NCBI GenBank assembly: GCA_002269645.1
Contig: NIVC01000413.1
Span: 560,836-624,835, forward strand
Source of the DNA: Macrostomum lignano
Taxonomy: Eukaryota
Direction: 5' to 3'
DNA length: 64,000 nucleotides
Positions 24,779-38,828 of this stretch are shown here, piece by piece. Positions within the stretch are counted from its first letter, which is position 1. Every line of letters starts with the position of its first letter. The notes beneath the pieces are model-generated. The model was not told where the DNA came from. It worked only from the letters and a program-made list of their open reading frames with translations, and ran no database searches. The position numbers and the translations under genes are program-made.

Positions 24779-27700
24779 TCAAACGTTCAATCCAGCCCGG
24801 CTGCTGGTATCACGCGACTCGCCAGTCTGCTGCAGCAATCGCTGACTTTCAAATACAGCCGCGGTATCCTCCGTGTCAACTGTAGACGAGCCGCTCCTAG
24901 CGTCCGAGGCCAGTCGTGCTCGCTGATTGGGATAATCAGCCAGGGCGCTCAGTACCGCGTCGTGTACAGAAACGTACACGCTGTACTTGTCAGCGAACTC
25001 GCTGCGCTCTAACATCCGGCGGAATTGATGCTTGCAACAGGCGAATAGGATTGACACGCCTACGCGTTGATAATCGGCGATTAAGACGCGTAGAAAACTG
25101 GCGCCGACGCTGTCGATGTAGTTGATGCCCGAGCATTCAACTACGATGTGGTGCAGGCGGGTGGACTGGTTGGTCTGATGGCTGCTGCTGCTGGCCGTGT
25201 CCGAGGGGGCCGCACTGTTGGAGCCGGCTTCATCATCGGCGGCTAACGACTGCGGGGACAGCTCCAGCTGCTGCTGGCGGTGCTGCGCCTCCTGGTGATG
25301 TTGATTGGGATTTGAGATGATATGAGTTGCAACGGTTGAGGGGCGATTCTCAGGGTTGGGGCGATTCTTAGGGTTGGGGCGATTCTTAGGGTTGGGGCGA
25401 TCCTTAGGGTTGGGGCGATTCTCAGGGTTGGGGCGATTCTTAGGGTTGGGGCGATTCTCAGGGTTGGGGCGATTCTTAGGGTTGGGGCGATTCTCAGGGT
25501 TGGGGCGATTCTTAGGGTTGGGGCGATTCTTAGGGTTGGGGCGATTCTTAGGGTTGGGGCGATTCTTAGGGTTGGGGCGATTCTTAGGGTTGGGGCGATT
25601 CTAAGGGTTGGGGCGATTCTCAGGGTTGGGGCAATTCTCAGGGTTGGGGCGATTCTTAGGGTTGGGGCGATTCTTAGGGTTGGGGCGATTCTCAGGGTTG
25701 GCAGGGATTCGCAGGTTGGGGCGATTCTCAGGGTTGGTGCGATTCTCAGGTTTGGGGCGATTCTTAGGGTTGGGGCGATTCTAAGGGTTGGGGCGATTCT
25801 CAGGGTTGGGGCGATTCTCAGGGTTGGGGCGATTCTTAGGGTTGGGGCGATTCTAAGGGTTGGGGCGATTTTCAGGGTTGGGGCGATCCTTAGGGTTGGG
25901 GCGATTCTTAGGGTTGGGGCGATCCTTAGGGTTGGGGCGATTCTCAGGGTTGGGGCGATACTTAGGGTTGGGGCGATTCTCAGGGTTGGGGCGATTCTCA
26001 AAAATTTTGGAGAGCCATCCTCAATGAGGCTGGAGGGCGATTCTCAATGGGATTGGAGGGCGATTCTCAATGGGGCTGGAGGGCGATTCTCAATGAGACT
26101 GGACGGCGATTCTCAATGGGGCTGGAGGCCGATTCTCAATGAGGCTGGAGGGCGATTCTCAGTGCTGTAATTGGCATGCTAGTCAAAAGTTAGTTAATAG
26201 AATAAATAGAAATCAAAGTTCAGTCCGCAATGCAGATGCATATTAAGACACGCCTCCCTCACCTGCTCAATCTGCTGAGCCTCGGCCAGTTTCGGGTCAA
26301 ACCCGGTCAACTTCACCAGCCGATACCGAAAATTGTCAACGCTAGCAAAGTACAGAGCTCCGTCGAAGCGAAACACCACAACCCCCGGCACCTGTGCGGC
26401 GCTGGGATAGAACCTCACATCCTTATAGATGTCCGTGGTCGGCAACCGGCCGAGAATAGATGTACTTGGCGATTGCGTTCGGCAGACAACCGTTAGCAGA
26501 CTGTAAGCAAATCCTAGCATGAGTCCGTAGCTCACATTGAGAATTACAACTCCAAAAAAGCAGACAATCCAAATGCTAAAGTCGTATTTCGATATGCGAT
26601 AAAGTTTCACAGCGTCTCTAAATTGCATAAATAAGCCTTTTAAAGCTACGATGATAATGCAAGCCAGCACTGCAGTTGGCAGTTCGCGAAACAGTGGTCC
26701 AAGGAATAGCAGTACGAATATCATGAGACTCGCTGCGATCAGAACCTGCAGAGGCGGGTTGGAGTTAATGTGGTGCTCAAGAAGTCATACAGGCAAAGTT
26801 ATCAGTACGAGGGCGCAATGAGGAAACATGAAGAGGATGACTGAGACACATCACCAAGACACACATCAGGATGAGACACATCACCAAGACATACGTCAGG
26901 ATGAGACACATCACCAAGACACACATCAGGATGAGACACATCACCAAGACATACGTCAGGATGAGACACATCACCAAGACACACATCAGGATGAGACACA
27001 TCACAAGACACACGTCAGGATGAGACACATCACAAGGCACACGTCAGGATGAGACACATCACCAAGACATACGTCAGGATGAGACACATCACCAAGACAC
27101 ACATCAGGATGAGACACATCACAAGACACACGTCAGGATGAGACACATCACAAGACACACGTCAGGATGAGACACATCACCAAGACACACATCAGGATAA
27201 GACACATCACAAGACACACGTCAGGATGAGACACATCACCAAGACACACATCAGGATGAGACACATCACCAAGAAACTTGTCAGATGAGACATCAGGAAG
27301 ACACGCACAAGAAGACACAAGTTAGCATCAGAAAATCCACACAGAATCAGAATGATGTAAGGATGTAACGCAAAATCACCTGAGTCCGACCGCCCATATC
27401 CTCTTGCACCTGCGATCGACTTAACGATCCGGCAGAGAAGTAGCAACCAAACACGGGTCCAACAGTGTTAACAATGCCGCTAGCTAATAACTCCTGATTA
27501 GAATCTAGCAAGTAGCCATGCTTATTAGCGTAGATCTTGCATATAGAAAAGGTGCAAACGTACATTATGATAGCTAGCATGAAAGCGTCCTGCCAGACCA
27601 GGTGAAACAAGCCAATCGACGGCATACTGGGCGCCCGCAATCCGCTCGGTATCTCGCCAACAATATCAACTGCGTAGGCTGTGTGCAAATGACCGAAATG

Positions 27701-29543
27701 TCCAATGGAAGTGCCCAGCACAACCAGGATCAGTTCGATTGGCACCGGGAAACGGCACAGTTTTGATAGTTTAGCATTAATTATTAATCTGAATAACAGT
27801 AGCAGACAGATGCACACTATTGATATGATCACGCTGGCAGGATTTGAGTCCGGCAATCTATCGATAATGTCCATATAGGAGTGGATCAGCTTGAAGGAGC
27901 TGGCGTGACGCGGCACCTTAATGCCGAATATGGCTGGCACCTGGGACGGGTTGAAGGTTAGAAGTTTTTAGTAAAGCGACTTATAAAAGCGAAAAGTACA
28001 ACCCACTGGGACCCTGAATAGTAACAATGACAACTGCAGGTCTGTGGGGACCCTTCGGCGACATCATCCCACAACCAGCTGTGAGGCAAATTCTGACCAT
28101 TCCATTGACTCTTGAGCACATATTATCGCAGGCCACGCACTCATTCATACACACACTCAGACAGGATGTACACCAACCATGACTTTATAACCGTCAGACA
28201 TGTACACTCTCTGCCTCGGAGGTGGAGGTGCAATCTAAGCCTAAACAGCTGTTACATGTACTATTAGACGCTGAAAAGAAAGATTGTGCAATTAAAAGCA
28301 CCGAAAAATAAAAATTCACAGATCGGTTAAAAAATGCCCCGAATGATATTAGTATATCCTTGATCTGGGACTTTGATTTCAAAAATGGACAGACAGAACA
28401 GAAAGCTCTTCTTCAAGCTACTCAAACTGCAGGTAGACCTCCAAACTAGGCCAAAAGCACTACTGGCATTCTAGTCTCAAATCTAGGCCACAGCCAAGAT
28501 TAATAAAGACCAACCTGCGACGTCATAACGTGAAACGCAGCCCCAGTAGTGAATCCGGAAACCAACGGAGTGCTCAAATAGATGGTTATAAATCCGAATC
28601 GAAACAGGCCAAGACCAATTTGAATTAGACCGGCCAACAATGTGACACTTAAAGCCACCTGAATTCGATATTGATTCAATCCATCTTCCGTGTAGTTGCC
28701 ATGCGGCACAGGTAGGCTAGTTGTTGCATTATTAATTATGGCAACAGGAGCTTCAGTCGAAATGCTCATAGTTGGCAGCGGGCCAAGAATGTCAGCTAGA
28801 GCTGGAGTTAATTGTACGCCAACAATACGAACTACTGGCACGGCAACCATTAGGCTAGACAGAGCGAATGTGCCCATGCTAACCTGTCTAGATGTGCCAA
28901 AGAAGAAGTACAATATCAATGGGAAGAATCCCAGATATAGGCCGCAAACTGGTGGCAAATCGGCTAGCATAGCGTAGGCCATGCCCTGTGGTATGTTCAT
29001 GATACCAACCGTTAATCCGGCTATAGTATCGGCAATAAGATCTGACCTCCACTGGTACTGACGGATTACACTAATAAATGGGAACAGGCTTAACAGGCAG
29101 TCTAATAGGCAACGCTTCGAGCAATGCCCATCGTTGCCGGCACCACCGAAACCGGTGCCAGATAGCAGCTGACGCAAGGATAAGCTACTAGTTTTAGGCC
29201 GAGTAAACCGATACCTAGCATCGAAATGAGTCTGCGTTAGAATTGTTGGCTTCCGACGATGACGATCTTTATTTCTACCCGCCTGCCGCCTTGTCTCTTC
29301 GCCTTCGTTTAACAATGGTCGATAGTGACAGTTTCTACTGGACAGTGACGACAAGGATTGATTAAGATGATGCTCTTCGTCATCTAAGTCGTCTTCTTCT
29401 TCATCATAGAGGCTGCCACTGATGCGTCGCTGACTACCGGGCAAGGAATCAGCAAATAGTGATGCAGCTGCACTATTATTCTGATCTGATACTGAAGCTG
29501 CTGCCACTGCTACTGAGTGACCATTCATGCTGGATGTTGCCAT
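24779..29543 (-). CDS. SLC26/SulP anion transporter (prestin/SLC26A5-A6-like) with STAS domain; join(29543-28515,27940-27380,26745-26263,25291-24779), 861 aa
   Basis: DTIAGLTVGIMNIPQGMAYAMLA, FFGTSRQVSMGTFAL, GFTTGAAFHVMTSQV, NQELLASG, AGSLSRSQVQEDMGGRTQ; STAS motifs FRFDGALYFAS and IVVECSGINYIDSVG. All three introns are phase 0 GT-AG. Confidence 0.95.
25340..26000. repeat. 18-bp intronic minisatellite AGGGTTGGGGCGATTCTC, about 36 copies
   Basis: Direct inspection; (LRIAPT)n ORF. Confidence 0.95.
26020..26162. repeat. 23-bp GAGGGCGATTCTCAATG family, about 6 copies
   Basis: Same unit as 6512-8112. Confidence 0.9.
26845..27300. repeat. 29-30-bp intronic minisatellite CAGGATGAGACACATCACCAAGACACACAT, about 15 copies
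   Basis: Direct inspection. Confidence 0.93.
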
Positions 29544-30062
29544 ACTATATTAATGTATTTGAGGCATGACTTGTTTATAACTGTGTTGCATGAAATGAAC
29601 AATTGATATATGATGATACTATTTGATATGATATCTTTAGCACAAAAAACACAAAATATTAGTACACTGAACATTCGTTTTGGTACTTTCAACAATCATA
29701 AATGCTCAACTGCCAAACAACCCAGCCAATCTGGTCGTGCATATCTTAAATTGTGGCAGACCAAGGATAAGTTGCATTTAAATTGAAGACTATTCTGACA
29801 ATTTCTAACAAAAATTAGAAAAAATCTATAAAAAAAACACAGGGGTGCCCTGTAAAATTTGCAATAGCGTAGGCAAACTCTGATCCTAGACGCACAGCTG
29901 CACAGCATCACAGAAACTTTTTTCATAGTTAACCTAAATTTATTCAGTTTTGTTACTCTTTGAGCAATAAAAGCAAGCTTTTATGCAATTTAAATTCTTT
30001 GATTGCTCAATTTAAGGATTTTAAACATGCTTAAGTGTGCAGGTGCACCAATTGATTTCTTT

Positions 30063-30718
30063 AAGCTGGAGGGCGATTCTCAATGAGGCTGGAGGGCGAT
30101 TCTCAATGAGGCTGGAGGGCGATTCTCAATGAGGCTGGATAGCGATTCTCAATGAGGCTGGAGGGCGATTCTCAATGAGGCTGGAGGGCGATTCTCAATG
30201 GGCTGGAGGGCGATTCTCAATGAGGCTGGAGGGCGATTCTCAATGAGGCTGGAGGGCGATTCTCAATGAGGCTGGAGGGCGATTCTCAATGAGGCTGGAG
30301 GGCGATTCTCAATGAGGCTGGAGGGCGATTCTCAATGAGGCTGGAGGGCGATTCTCAATGAGGCTGGAGGGCGATTCTCAATGAGGCTGGAGGGCGATTC
30401 TCAATGAGGCTGGAGGGCGATTCTCAATGGGCTGGAGGGCGATTCTCAATGGGATTGGAGGGCGATTCTCAATGGGATTGGAGGGCGATTCTCAATGGGG
30501 CTGGAGGGCGATTCTCAATGGGACTGGATGGCGATTTTTAATGAGGCTGGAGTGCGATTCTCAATGAGGCTGGAGGGCGATTCTCAATGAGGCTGGAGGG
30601 CGATTTTCAATGAGGCTGGAGGGCGATTCTCAATGAGGCTGGAGGGCGATTTTCAAAGAGGCTGGAGGGCGATTCTTAATGAGGCTGGAGGGCGATTCTC
30701 AATGAGGCTGGAGGGCAA
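30063..30718. repeat. 23-bp GAGGGCGATTCTCAATGAGGCTG family, about 28 copies
   Basis: Same unit as 6512-8112. Confidence 0.95.
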
Positions 30719-33034
30719 AGGATTTGATGTCAATAAAAATTATTATTTTTGATAACCATCTCATAATTCCTTTCTATCCTACCCTGTCACAGTTTGGATA
30801 ATGCAGAAAATGTAAGCTTAATATGCTATGCAAAGCATTTGCTAGTATATGCCAGTGTACAAAACTTATCTCAAGGCTATATTTAGGTGTACACTAGAGC
30901 AGAGTGACATGTACTTGTACACACTATATTGGCACTTTAATATCTAGTTTTCATTGGCATAATAAGAAAGTATGTCATCTTATTTATGAGAAAGCATATT
31001 AAAAATGTAAACTTCATAGACAATTAGGCTATGGGCTTTTGTATTTTTAAACTGAACAAAAAAGCTTAGTTCTACAAGGGATATCCAAGAAGTGGTATTA
31101 CTTTTGTGTGTAAGACTGATTCTAATAGAACAGTTTATTAGGAAACCACAACATAATAAGCAACACAATCTAGCAATTTTTAACTTAGAATTTCAAAAAT
31201 TGAACAAACACAATAAAACCTAGAACAAGTTCTAAATAAGACCCACAATGTATTTATATACACAGTTAAGCAATAACTCATAATCATCTATAGGCATTAT
31301 ATACTCTTTTTAACAGTTTCTATATAACTAGATATACTTCTGCTAATATTAGTAAAGTGAATCAATTGGATTGCCATAAATAATACATTAGTATATAACA
31401 TCTATGTATAGCATCCAATATGCAATCTCCATTCTTGTATGTTGTATATATGCCCTAGCAGCAGTTACCAAAGTGCTAAAATTCCAAAATGCAAAAATTG
31501 CAAATATCCTAGGTTTATTTATGTGATATAGATGTTATAGCATCTTAACTTTCGAAATTACATCTTCAAATTAGACCATAGGTATGATTTTATATTTTAG
31601 CACTAATGAAAAACCTATGCTAGGTTTTTTATGCAATATAGATGTGGTTGCAACTTTCTTAGTCATTTCTTTAGTTCACCTTCACTTGTCTCTGTTTACT
31701 GTTTTCTCTCTTTGTCTAGCTCAATCTTGTTATACTTATCTCTCTCTCTCTTGCTGCCTTCTGATTGGCTCTCCATTCTCACCTTTCTCTTTAGTTGCGC
31801 ACTCTACCCCTCTCTTTATTATCTTCAATTCAACCCCCCCTTGCAATTTAATGTCATATAAATATATTGGTTTGGGCCCTGCACCCACTTACTGCTCCTT
31901 CTTTCTCAGTATCAATTTAATTCTAATTTAAATGTTGTTAGCTAAGTTTTTTAGTCTTATTATTTTCTTGACAGATGCTATATAATATATTGACTATCTA
32001 AATTGTATCTTGAAATTGGACTTTGGATGCAATTTTATATCTTGGCACTAGCAAAAAAACTAGCACATATTTTTCCTGCTAAGTGAATATTAGCCTCTAT
32101 GCCTAGAACAAATCTTGCTTACTATTGCTATTGTTTTCTAATTCCACATTTGCATAGCCTTATATATACTCTTCTTTTATGCTAACATAAAAGTAATATA
32201 ATTTGTATATTTTTATGGCCAATGGTAGGTCTAAAATGATAAATATATACAAAAAATGGACTTTTAGTGCTAAACTAAAATAAACCAATTACTTAATAAA
32301 TATAAAAAATAGTATTATACATTTTTATCTTAGTAGAAAAAATGCCACTATTGAGGATAAAATGAGGATAAAATGAAAAAATGAAAAAATGAGGATACCC
32401 TTGTAACATGTTATAGGCTTCATTTCTAGTAGACTAACTTTCTTAAAAATGTAAAAATTCAAAACTCTATTATTTGTTATACTGTACAAATATTAGAAAT
32501 ATTTTATATATTTTGTATATTTTATATGTTGTTTTGTTTTAAATAGTAGGAGAATTTTACTATAAAAGGAAGCCAGTTGAGAGCCTTGAACTTGTTACTT
32601 GATAAACTTGTTAAGCTTGCTTCGAACTTGATCTATTTCAGCTTTTTAAAGCCTTTTTGTAGTAGTAGTAAGTTGGCTCAGGCAAGAAGCTTGTTTGGCC
32701 AGTATATTTCTGTGTATTTAAGATATTTTAGCATTAGTTGTTTAATTACGATTAAGTTCAAAAGGTTAAATTTGTTCAAAAGGTTAAATTTTTACATGAG
32801 TAACGATGCGAGTTACGATATTTGTAAAATTATTAAGGTATTTGAAAGAGCGTTTTTTTGTTAAAAGATGTAGTATTTTGCAAGCGCGCGATATTTCAAA
32901 GCGTGAAAACGAACATGAACATACTTCGAAAGAACTTTACATTTAACGAATAACGACGATTTAAATAGGTATTAGATAGGAAACTAATTAAATACTAATT
33001 AAATAGGAAATTAAAAAGACAGTAAATGAATAAA

Positions 33035-33520
33035 CAAATGAAAAGCGGATTTATTACACTGCTGATATATCTGTTTCAGTTTGCATAACTGTTTTAGCTA
33101 TTCATGACTTCATATATTTTAGCTACACCAGTGAGCTCTTTTCTGACTCTTTTTCATTTGTAGCATATCCTAACTTGTGTACTTGCTTGTCATTTAAGAG
33201 GTACTGACAGAAGTATTTTTTCTGATCTTTTCAGTTTGTGGACATTCGGTCAAGTAGCGTAGGATATCGGAACCATTTCTCACTCCACACAGTCTACATG
33301 CTTCATGAGAGAAAATGTTGGGTGTAATTTCGCATTTCAGTTTTAGAAGGGTTGTAAGGAATTTTTTGTTTCTAAAAGTACATGGAAAGTAATCTGAAAG
33401 GTCGGGCCTGCAGATTTTTTTGTAGAGATAGGCGTTTTTGTAGAGTTTAATATGTTGCTGATTCTCTAGCTTTTGGCTAAGTTCTCTTTCTCTGTGTATC
33501 TTGAGGTGCTTTTTCACTAG
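33035..33520 (-). mobile_element. 3' remnant of a non-LTR retrotransposon (C-terminal zinc-binding region)
   Basis: ORF 33517-33194 contains KLYK...LLKLKC...CRLCG...DILRYLTECP, i.e. CxxC-x8-(H->R)xxxxC. A frameshifted continuation LLNDKQVHKLG...AKIYEVMNS is followed by AATAAA and a TTCATT-type tail. Confidence 0.6.
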
Positions 33521-34729
33521 GTATTTACTTTTACTTTGTGTAAGATAAAAGTCAAATTAGCCTTAGGGCTTATATTTGCTTGTGTTACTTATTTTGAGTA
33601 GTAGATAGTGACTTAGGAATAGCCTCAAGATTAAAAGAATTCAATTCATTCATCGAGAATGATATATCCAGATTTAGAGTCTGGGAAATCACCTGTAGAA
33701 GGCAGAAATCCTACCACAAGGGTAGAATAGTCCAGAATCAGAGTCTGAAAACCTACCTCAGGGGGAATATCTAGGAAATAAGCTATGACCCTCTGATCCT
33801 AGGAATGCCTAAGACTGAAAGAATAAAAAAACCTTATAGTATAGAGATAGGATAGTCAGTTCTATAAGTCCACTCAGGCCAAAAGTATAATATATGTATA
33901 TATGCTACCAGTAGATTAATACATGTGCTACCAGTACATATATACACTACTAAAAGTACAACATCTGTAAAAGTACAAGTATTACATTTAAGAACTATTA
34001 GTACAACTTTGGAGACTTAATGGAGATTTTAATAGAAAGAAATTTAGCCCTGTGACAACTTAGTGGCAGTTTATAAGATTATATTAGGTTAGGGATTGAA
34101 GTGACCCTACATCAAATATAAAAGGTTATTATAAAATGCAAAGTCAATATAAAACCCATTTTCTAATTTTAACCAGTTTGTTATATTGTCTTATAAATGA
34201 AATTTAGATAAAATTCCTTTTTTACTTTTTAGTAGGTTTGCCTTGTTGCTTGAAGTTAAGAAATAACTTAATATATAAAATTATATCTAGACCTACAATA
34301 ACTTTACAAAAAACAAAACAATTTGGAGACATTATATAATCATAGATAGTCTATACTACTATACAAAAACTACAGATTAAAACTACAGACTAATTTTCTA
34401 TAGATCTTAAAGAAAATTAAATCAAAAAAATTGATTTATCAATGAAATATTAATGAAATACTTTTGGACTTGTGCTTTAATAAACCATAGATAGCTAGGG
34501 GCCTATAGCATAGCTTATGAAATCATTATTTATAAGTAAAGTAATAAATTTATTTTAATAACTTTTTATACTTGGTATTAAATTAGGTCCTAAGTTGAAA
34601 TTGGTATTTTCTGGAATGGCATATGATATAGTGTTTGACTTTATTCATAGGTGAAAAAATGCAAATTTAGCTACTTTTTGGCTGGTCATGGCTTCACTAG
34701 GCCTAGCCTAGGCCTATCATAACATTAAT

Positions 34730-34967
34730 CAGAGGCATATTTAGAAATATAAATTATAAAATGAGTGGGCGAATTTTACCAATAAGACTAAGAGTGGGGG
34801 CGTCATTAATATACACGAGAAGGGCGTCATAATAAAGACCTTATGCGAGAGCCAACTAGCCGAGAGGGATGCCATATAGGCCTACACACACACTAGAGAG
34901 TCTAGAGGGGCGCCATGCGGAGCAAACTGAGCAAGCTGAGGACCTTACCCCCTTAAATACGCTTCTA
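34730..34967. mobile_element. hAT-type MITE, 238 bp
   Basis: Imperfect TIR CAGAGGCATATTTAG / (rc) TAGAAGCGTATTTAA, flanked by the identical 8-mer ACATTAAT (34722-34729 and 34968-34975). 8-bp TSDs are typical of hAT. Confidence 0.75.
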
Positions 34968-37900
34968 ACATTAATAAGCTAATCTAGTGAATTTAATCAG
35001 TGATAACTGAAAACTCATGAAAATATATCTTATATCTAAAGCTGAGTGGATCGATCGATTGGCCGCCCGACCGGGTTTCCGTTTAACGCTTATCTCCTCA
35101 CTTATTATATAAAAGTAAGCAAGATTTAGTTTTAGACTACAGAAAGACTAGGCCTTTATGATCTGCTGATAATCTGTAAAGTAATGCTGTCGTTATGATC
35201 AACGCGAATCATTCAGAACTGGCTTAAGTTTAAAAGCCATTGATATTCGTCCAAGAAATTAAACAGAAACAACTGGACACAGGGGGAGTTTCCAATAAAA
35301 TCAGTTGGTGACGAGTAAGTCAAAACCAGGAAAGAACTTAAAAATGAACTAAAACTAACGTTTAGACTATGCTTTGGAATTATTTTCTATTTAAAAATTT
35401 TAAATTCTTGCAAAAAATTGTAAGTTCAGTCAAAATCGATAAAATCTGCGCTAAAATTTGTTAATACAAGAAAATATTCCTGATTTACTTTGAATTCCAG
35501 AATAGTTTCCGCGTCGAATATGCATGCTATTTCTTCATTTTTACACGTTCATTAAATTATATTTGTAGCGTGGAATAGAAAATTTTGCATTTAAAGTATT
35601 TAAATTTTTTGAGAAAGGCAATGCACTGCAGCTGCATGTACACCTAGAAAGGACCGGCCTGTTTAAACATAGTTGCTAGTTTCCTTATAGTCAGTCGTTA
35701 TCATATCTCTAGCTCTTTTCTGTGGGGCGAGAGTGATCGACTATAGTGAGCCTTAATCGAGCGCATTAATTTAATGCAGTCTTTGCGTAGCCTTAGACGT
35801 ATCTAGGTCTTTAAACACTTCTACAGTGTAGATCAAATAATTTAGAGTACCAATAATGAAAAAAATATATGATAATCTACACATACGTATATTTTTTCCA
35901 ATTTTTTTCTACAGAACATGTAACTGGAACCATTAGACGAAAGATATTTATAGACGAAAAATATCCAGTTCATTTAAATTTAGGACCTAAAAATTCTCAT
36001 GAATGAATTAATTTTTATCGCAGTGACGACCACGCTTAGCTATTGATCGAATATATCTGTCGCATGATACAAATTCTAAAATTCATAATTGCTTCAGACC
36101 AGAATTATTCAACACATGCAGCCTTTATATATATAGTCCCTGCAGGTTAGGCATTTATTTTTCCTTGCATACTATGCAGACGCAGCATGTTTCAGCATGT
36201 TTCAGTGATGGTCCACATGAAAACATTCATCATTCATGTTTGACTAAATTATTTTTATACCTATAAGTCGATAATGCTGTCAGATTTTATAAAAATCCCA
36301 AGGTGAGGCAGTGTCAAGTTTTTATCTGTCAGGCAGCAAAAATCTTTATACAACCACAAGTTTTAGCTATGTCCTGGCTCATAACATCGAGTATTAAATT
36401 TGGTTTTTGTCTCCAGCAGCCTGCAGATCAGGAGATCGACGTCCCGAATCGATCAGCACAGCACAGCGCAGTTGGCAGAATTGACGCTCGCATATTAATG
36501 GACTCGATAAGGGTGCTTGAGCTGAGGAATCCCGTTCCTTGTAGGACCCAGAAAAATATCGCTGATGGCCCTATAATGACGTGCATATCATGTACTATAT
36601 ACGTATACTATCAAACTCCTACATGTATTTGTATAAATCTATCGATGAAGAGCGATCGTTCCAGAACGGCAGAAGTGCGGCAGAATAAGATTTGACTTTG
36701 GCTACTCGAGAGACTATCGACTGTGCGGTTGTATATCGGCCTTCGTGACGTTGAAGTATTAAACCAATCGCATTGAGGCTCCAGTGGATTGATATGAGTA
36801 TAGCAAAACTGACGGGCCCGCAATGACCCACCCACTACATACATATACTACACTGAGAGCTCAGCTCATTATCCACTGATTGATGGCTGTCAGGTTTCTT
36901 GGCTAATAAATCACAACTTATAAGCATGCAGAGGGAGGGATAGTTGACCAACAATATTCATAAGCCCATGAGTTCATGAACGCATTTAAGGCTCTCAAAC
37001 TATTAAGTTGACTTTCGTAGGATTTGCTCGTTATAAACTCGAGCAGTACGTTGTTGGGAAGTATGTGCTCTGAAAAAAATTCTCTTTGTTAATATGCTCT
37101 CAAAAGCAATCAGATTCTTGTAGCGTACGGATTTTTTTCGTCTATGACGGAAACTCATTCCTAAAGTCATTTTTGGATGCTTTCAAGAAAGAGAGTGATT
37201 CTAAAGCTCGAAATTTCACCAAGGACCACTGTATATAACAGTGGTGGTATATAACATGCTCGAAACTTTATATCATAAATGTAGAAAAATCTTGTTCACT
37301 AGCTCGCAACTTCGAGTTTATGAAATTTGGAGTTTGTGAAAGTATGAAAGTGATTAGGACTTACTGCATATATGTACATGTATATTGGGACCTCTAATTG
37401 GGGATCAATACCTGGTCAATGGGGCCTCTAATTAGGGATTAATACCTGGTTGAATGGAACCTTTAAGTATTTATTAATAATTGGGTAATGAGACCTCTAA
37501 TTTGTAGATTGATGCTTACAAGCCAACGAATGAGTTTCAACATTGTACAGACGTACGTACGTACATTCGCCTATAGTTTTTTCTCAGGACGCCAAAATAT
37601 TGCAAATTAAAAGTACTTATTAAAAGTACAGTTCCATTCGATACCCCTGAAATCCTAGGTGACTGATGAATGCCATTTGACCCAGGAGATTTCCACTGTC
37701 TATGGCCAAAAAGGGGGTTAGATAGATAGATCATAGATAGATCAGAGATAGATGAAACAGTGGTCCCCAGTGGGCGCCCCAACCCCTGTCACCCATGTTC
37801 AAGACGTGGCAAACGTCGATCTAGGTTGCCCCCTCCTACATCCGCATGTATCACGCAGAAGCGAATGCCAGTAATTGAAATTCCAGCCTGCAAAATAAAA

Positions 37901-38488
37901 TTTACACGAACACCGGGTGTCGCATCCTGCCAGGCAAAGCAGAGTTAAAGGAAGGAGGATCTGTCTGACACAAATAATCGAGTAGGTACACAGGAGAATA
38001 TTGGAGACATTTGGGATACACAGCATCCGATTGCGTGCAGCAGAAGCAGAGAAGCCCCCCATCACTGCTAAGATTCAAAGATGTTGGCCAAGACACGCTG
38101 CATAGAGTCCTTTCTGCGCCTTCTCTCCCAATCTCTCCCTGCTCTCCTTCACCGCGAGCTTTCTCCATAACAGTTGGAACTTCAGGGTAAGCGAAGGAAA
38201 GTAAAAAAAAACTTACAGGACTCAGGATCTGCGGGGGCTGGGGTGGCTTGGAGTGGGCTAAGTAAAGCAAAGTTGGCACACTTGCAATCAGCGGGAGAAA
38301 CTCAATTTTCCCCGAGACTCGCAGGGCTCTGCGTCATCTAACCTAGAAACTGGCCGCCGCCCGCCAAAACCACCCTTGTGTGCGAGCTGCACTCTTCCAG
38401 CCTCCGTCTGCAACCTTCCTAGCAACTTTCAGTGCTCAAAAAGTCTCAATTTCGACATAACTTTTGAACAAATTGTCCCTTTCAACAC

Positions 38489-38828
<340 letters not shown>

